Shown here one piece after another: positions 60,230 through 64,000 of a DNA stretch of 64,000 nt. Position 1 is the stretch's first letter. Each line of letters starts with the position of its first letter. The notes beneath the pieces were generated by a model that had not been told where the DNA came from, did no database searches, and worked only from the letters and a program-made list of their open reading frames with translations. Both the position numbers and the translations under genes were made by a program. Origin of the DNA: an uncultured Nitrospiraceae bacterium (GTDB lineage: Bacteria > Nitrospirota > Thermodesulfovibrionia > Thermodesulfovibrionales > UBA6898); the NCBI GenBank assembly GCA_963811165.1, contig CAWEQH010000008.1, positions 320,001 through 384,000 on the forward strand, read 5' to 3'.

Positions 60230-60997
60230 ATGACTAATTGGGTAAACCTTGTAAAATATTTCCTCATTAAAGATATAAAGTCCAGATATGCCGGCTCCGG
60301 GCTGGGAATGCTCTGGACTATTATGATGCCTATTTTTCAGATACTCCTTTACTGGTTTGTATTTTCGACGGTGATGCGCGTAAGGCCCCACGCTAATGCC
60401 CAGATCCCTTATGTTCTCTTTCTTCTTTCTACCTATTTTTTTTGGCTTGCCATCTCCGAGGGCATCTCCCGGTCGGGCACGACGATACTAGAGAATGCCG
60501 AAATTGTGAAGAAGGTCCCCTTCCCGATAATTATACTGCCGATATCGATTACCCTTTCGAGCTATTTGCAGAGTATGGTGGGCGTTGTCTTATTTATCCT
60601 TGTCTTTACGTTTTCAGGGCTGTCCCACCTGTCCATGTTTATGATAGTGCCTGTGCTCATTCTCCAGCTTCTTTTCTCCGTGGGAGTCGGAATGTTGCTT
60701 GCCGCCATTGTCCCTTACATGAGAGACCTCCAGCAGATAATCGGGTATGTGCTCCAGGGAATGTTCTTCCTGTCCCCCATACTTTACAGCCTGGAGGCTA
60801 TCCCGGAGAATATCAGAGGTCTTACCTATCTAAATCCTGTAACACTTTATGTCGAGTCCTACCATAAGATAATATTAGAAAGGACCCTGCCTGGTCCCTG
60901 GTATTGGGGAGCGATGGCCCTTTGTTCGGGTCTGTTTTTATTCCTCGGGATAAAGGTTTTTACAAAACTGAACGAGGGGTTTGCAGACATACTTTGA
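60230..60997 (+). CDS. wzm: ABC-2 polysaccharide exporter permease
   Basis: DIKSRYAGSGLGMLW, KKVPFP, RDL, SPILY, LNPV, FADIL. Confidence 0.92.
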   Translation: MTNWVNLVKYFLIKDIKSRYAGSGLGMLWTIMMPIFQILLYWFVFSTVMRVRPHANAQIPYVLFLLSTYFFWLAISEGISRSGTTILENAEIVKKVPFPIIILPISITLSSYLQSMVGVVLFILVFTFSGLSHLSMFMIVPVLILQLLFSVGVGMLLAAIVPYMRDLQQIIGYVLQGMFFLSPILYSLEAIPENIRGLTYLNPVTLYVESYHKIILERTLPGPWYWGAMALCSGLFLFLGIKVFTKLNEGFADIL

Positions 60998-62163
60998 TGA
61001 GTGAAGACATCGCAATCAGCATGAAAGACTTGAGAAAGGTCTACCGCCTCTACCAAAAGCCGATAGACAGGCTCAAAGAGATCCTCTTCCGTACACGGTA
61101 CCACAATGAATTTGTCGCGCTTGACGGTCTTAGCATAAGAGTGAAGAAAGGGGAAACCCTCGGCGTTATCGGTGAGAACGGGGCGGGGAAGTCAACCCTG
61201 TTGAAGATAATTGCGAGGACCCTCAAGCCCACAAGCGGGGAGGTCAATATCAACGGGATGGTCTCCTCCCTGTTGGAACTTGGCTCAGGGTTTCATCCCG
61301 AATTTACAGGGATTGAAAACATCTATTTTTACGGCTCCCTTTTAGGGATACCCTCTTCTGAGATGGCCAGGAGGGTACAGGATGTGGTCTCTTTCGCCGA
61401 AATCGGGGAGCATATCAATTATCCCCTGAAGACCTATTCATCGGGGATGCATGTGCGGTTGGCATTCTCGGTTGCAATGGCAGTTGAGCCGGACATTCTT
61501 GTTGTGGATGAGGCGCTTTCCGTCGGGGACCTCTACTTTCAGAAAAAAAGTACGGACAAGATATTATCGATTAAGGAGGCGGGCAAAACCATTCTTTTTT
61601 GTTCCCACAGCATGTACTATGTCAACAGGTTATGTGACAGGGTCATCTGGCTGAAAAACGGCCAGGCCGCGCTAGAGGGTTCGGCCCACGAGGTCACTCA
61701 GGCTTATGAAACTTACCAGCTCAAGAAGGAACAGGCAAAAAGTGCGGCTCCGTCTGTATATGCGGCTGGAGAAACCGGGCATGTAGCATTTCTTCTGATC
61801 CGCAATTTGATCATTACGCCTTTCCCCAGCGTAAGGAGCGGTGAAGACCTGAACATAGAGATAGAAATTGAGGCCCTTGACGACTCTGTTCCCTATAGGA
61901 TAGCGGCGGTGCTCCGGAGGATAGATAACGTGCAGATTGTCGGTATCGGTACGAGAGCCCACGAGCCACTGCATGGAAGCAGGAAGATCAACCTCTGCCT
62001 TCCCGGCATTCAGCTGAAGGAAGGCACATTTTTTCTGAATATCCATGCCATGGATGAGCAGTTTATCCATATCTACGACAGCAAGTCGACCCCTTACTTT
62101 ACAATACCGAAGGAAAGCATTGAGCCGGGGTTTATCAACATACCTTACCGATGGACTATCTGA
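60997..62163 (+). CDS. wzt: Polysaccharide ABC exporter ATPase with a C-terminal carbohydrate-binding domain
   Basis: GENGAGKST, YSSGMHVRLAF, VDEALSVGD, about 140-aa C-terminal beta domain. Confidence 0.92.
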   Translation: MSEDIAISMKDLRKVYRLYQKPIDRLKEILFRTRYHNEFVALDGLSIRVKKGETLGVIGENGAGKSTLLKIIARTLKPTSGEVNINGMVSSLLELGSGFHPEFTGIENIYFYGSLLGIPSSEMARRVQDVVSFAEIGEHINYPLKTYSSGMHVRLAFSVAMAVEPDILVVDEALSVGDLYFQKKSTDKILSIKEAGKTILFCSHSMYYVNRLCDRVIWLKNGQAALEGSAHEVTQAYETYQLKKEQAKSAAPSVYAAGETGHVAFLLIRNLIITPFPSVRSGEDLNIEIEIEALDDSVPYRIAAVLRRIDNVQIVGIGTRAHEPLHGSRKINLCLPGIQLKEGTFFLNIHAMDEQFIHIYDSKSTPYFTIPKESIEPGFINIPYRWTI

Positions 62164-62190
62164 GATCTATATTCACACTCTTTCCGGCGG

Positions 62191-63159
62191 ATGAAATCGG
62201 GGCCCTCTATAAGTAAAATTCTCGACATAAGACTTTACAGGGCGGGTGATGAGGTCGGCATCACGAGGCTTTTTAAAGAGGTCTTCGGTAGGGGAATGTC
62301 TCTGGATGAATGGAGATGGAAATACATCGAAAGCAATCCCGCGAAGGTCTATTCCACAGTCGCTATCCATGAAGAACTCGGAGTGGTCGGACATTACGGC
62401 GCGGTCCGCGTACCATTGATTTACATGGGAAGGCCGGCCGGAGGTCTTGCCATCTGCGACGTGATGATACTTCCTCCTTTCAGAGGGATTAAGACACTGA
62501 AAGAAATCTCCTGTCTAACTCCCCGTGAGGCGGTCAGAGACGGCATTATCGTCGGGTATGGTTTTCCCGAGAGAAACGCTCTTTTGAGACCGGCCCTGCA
62601 GCTTGGGATTTATGAGATGGTGGAAGACGTGATGGAATGCGCTAAGGAAGCAGCTTTCCATGATGATGTGGACCGTTACCGGTTTAAACTTTTTCCACTG
62701 GATTATTCCGACGCTAAGATAGACCGTTTGTGGGACAGGTGCAAGACAGACTTGTCGATGGCGGTTGTAAGAGACAGGAGATACCTAACCTGGAGGCATA
62801 AAAACCACCCACTTTTCCGTTACGAACTGTGGGGGCTTAAAGGGCGCATCGGAAGCAGTCTGCTAGGGTATGCAGTTTTGAAAAGGGAAAGCGACCGGGT
62901 GCTGCTGATCGACTTTCTCTCGACAAAACAGACGCTCCCGGCCCTTATTGGAAAAATCGAAAACCTCATCTGCTCGGGAGGTCCCGGGACTTTGACGCTC
63001 TGGGTCCCCCCTTTTATGGAAAAAACCTTCACCACCCTGGGGTTCTCGGCAAAAAAAAGTGCGACTGCCATCCCGCGGACCACTCAGGAGCCTACCCTTT
63101 CGAAAGCGGATATCGCAGGGCATTTTTTTTATACCATGGGTGATACTGACTTTTTTTAA
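62191..63159 (+). CDS. GNAT-family N-acyltransferase
   Basis: WRWKY, VGHYG, DVMILPPFRG, YGFP, RDRRYLTWR, terminal GDTDFF. Confidence 0.75.
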   Translation: MKSGPSISKILDIRLYRAGDEVGITRLFKEVFGRGMSLDEWRWKYIESNPAKVYSTVAIHEELGVVGHYGAVRVPLIYMGRPAGGLAICDVMILPPFRGIKTLKEISCLTPREAVRDGIIVGYGFPERNALLRPALQLGIYEMVEDVMECAKEAAFHDDVDRYRFKLFPLDYSDAKIDRLWDRCKTDLSMAVVRDRRYLTWRHKNHPLFRYELWGLKGRIGSSLLGYAVLKRESDRVLLIDFLSTKQTLPALIGKIENLICSGGPGTLTLWVPPFMEKTFTTLGFSAKKSATAIPRTTQEPTLSKADIAGHFFYTMGDTDFF

Positions 63160-63166
63160 CGGGTGT

Positions 63167-64000
63167 CTATTTCCCCTGCGCCTTGCCTGTTATCCTGTCT
63201 TCGAAAATCTCCACCCCTGCTTTTTCTTTTGCGGTGAGAACGAACTCGACTTGCCTTGGAATTTTCAGTTCGTTCTTAAGGTAGTCCCTGATCGACGCCT
63301 TAACTTCCTCAAGGCCCATGGTCCTCGCTTCCTTGTGGTCTTCCACTTTTATAATATGATAGCCGAACTTCGTTTCCACAATATCACTGATAGCCCCGGG
63401 TTTCAGGGAAAAGGCCGCGTTTTCGAAAGGCTTTACCATCTTGCCCCTCGCGAAATAATCTGTGTCGCCCCCTCGTTTTTTCGTGCCGAGGTCGTCGGAA
63501 TACTCTGATGCAAGTTTCGCAAAGTCTTCCCCTTTCTCGGCCCGCTGACGCAACTCGTTTATTTTTTCTTTTGCCTTTTTCTTCTCCTCATCGGTTGCCT
63601 TGGCAGAGACCTTGATCAGTATGTGCCTTGCACGTACCTGTTCAGGCACCTTGAATTTCTCCTTATTAGCGTCATAGTATTGCTTTATGTCCGCGTCACT
63701 TACGGTAATATCCTTTGCCAATGCCTTCCCTAAATAGTGGGTTGCCGTAAAGTCATCAATCATATACTGAAGCTGTTCCTTGAATTCCGGATCTTTATCG
63801 AACCCTTCCTTCCTAGCCAGGGCCGCCATGATCTTGACCTCGATCATCCTTTTTACCAACGTGATTTTCTGTGCGGGATTATCCTGTAAAGACTTCTGTC
63901 TTTCGGCAGGGTAATAGCTTATAAGTCTGTTAAGATCGGACATTTTTATCACAAAATCTCCGGCCTTGGCAAGCACAGGATCGGTTTCCTCTGCGGCCGA
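63167..64000 (-). CDS. PpiC/parvulin peptidyl-prolyl isomerase (5' end outside the window)
   Basis: [40 protein letters not shown]. Confidence 0.92.
   Translation of the reverse strand, partial: SAAEETDPVLAKAGDFVIKMSDLNRLISYYPAERQKSLQDNPAQKITLVKRMIEVKIMAALARKEGFDKDPEFKEQLQYMIDDFTATHYLGKALAKDITVSDADIKQYYDANKEKFKVPEQVRARHILIKVSAKATDEEKKKAKEKINELRQRAEKGEDFAKLASEYSDDLGTKKRGGDTDYFARGKMVKPFENAAFSLKPGAISDIVETKFGYHIIKVEDHKEARTMGLEEVKASIRDYLKNELKIPRQVEFVLTAKEKAGVEIFEDRITGKAQGK

Overview
Bacterial chromosomal segment, probably from an anaerobic Nitrospirota (Thermodesulfovibrionia-like) or Desulfobacterota-like diderm; the taxonomy is inferred from gene content only. It has four parts. (1) 1-17.9 kb: a three-gene two-component cascade, then a K+/NH4+ homeostasis island. 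The island holds a KimA-like transporter under a c-di-AMP riboswitch, a composite MITE, and two sigma54-type promoters with identical upstream geometry. These promoters drive a stand-alone Fis/NifA-type HTH, a porin, an APC permease with an acidic repeat loop, a membrane-anchored PP2C-Ser/Thr kinase fusion, an atypical P-II, Amt and a glnK remnant; kup follows. (2) 18-36 kb: a selenocysteine-containing, probably electron-bifurcating NAD-linked formate dehydrogenase, plus DUF748, mscL, tRNA-Pro(CGG), fdhD, a lipoate ligase, a UvrD/PcrA helicase and a 12-heme cytochrome c. (3) 36.5-43.6 kb: housekeeping yajC-secD-secF-recJ-relA/spoT. (4) 43.7-64 kb: a cell-surface locus with DsbC, a TMTC-like GT-C/TPR enzyme plus GT2/DUF2304, a GspD secretin with 54-bp tandem repeats, a candidate S-layer protein, a thrombospondin-like Cys-repeat protein and a Wzm/Wzt glycan export cluster. 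Several genes at about 3.9, 7-12 and 52.7-55.6 kb are broken by single-base indels that look like long-read errors. No CRISPR array, rRNA, integrase or transposase was seen.
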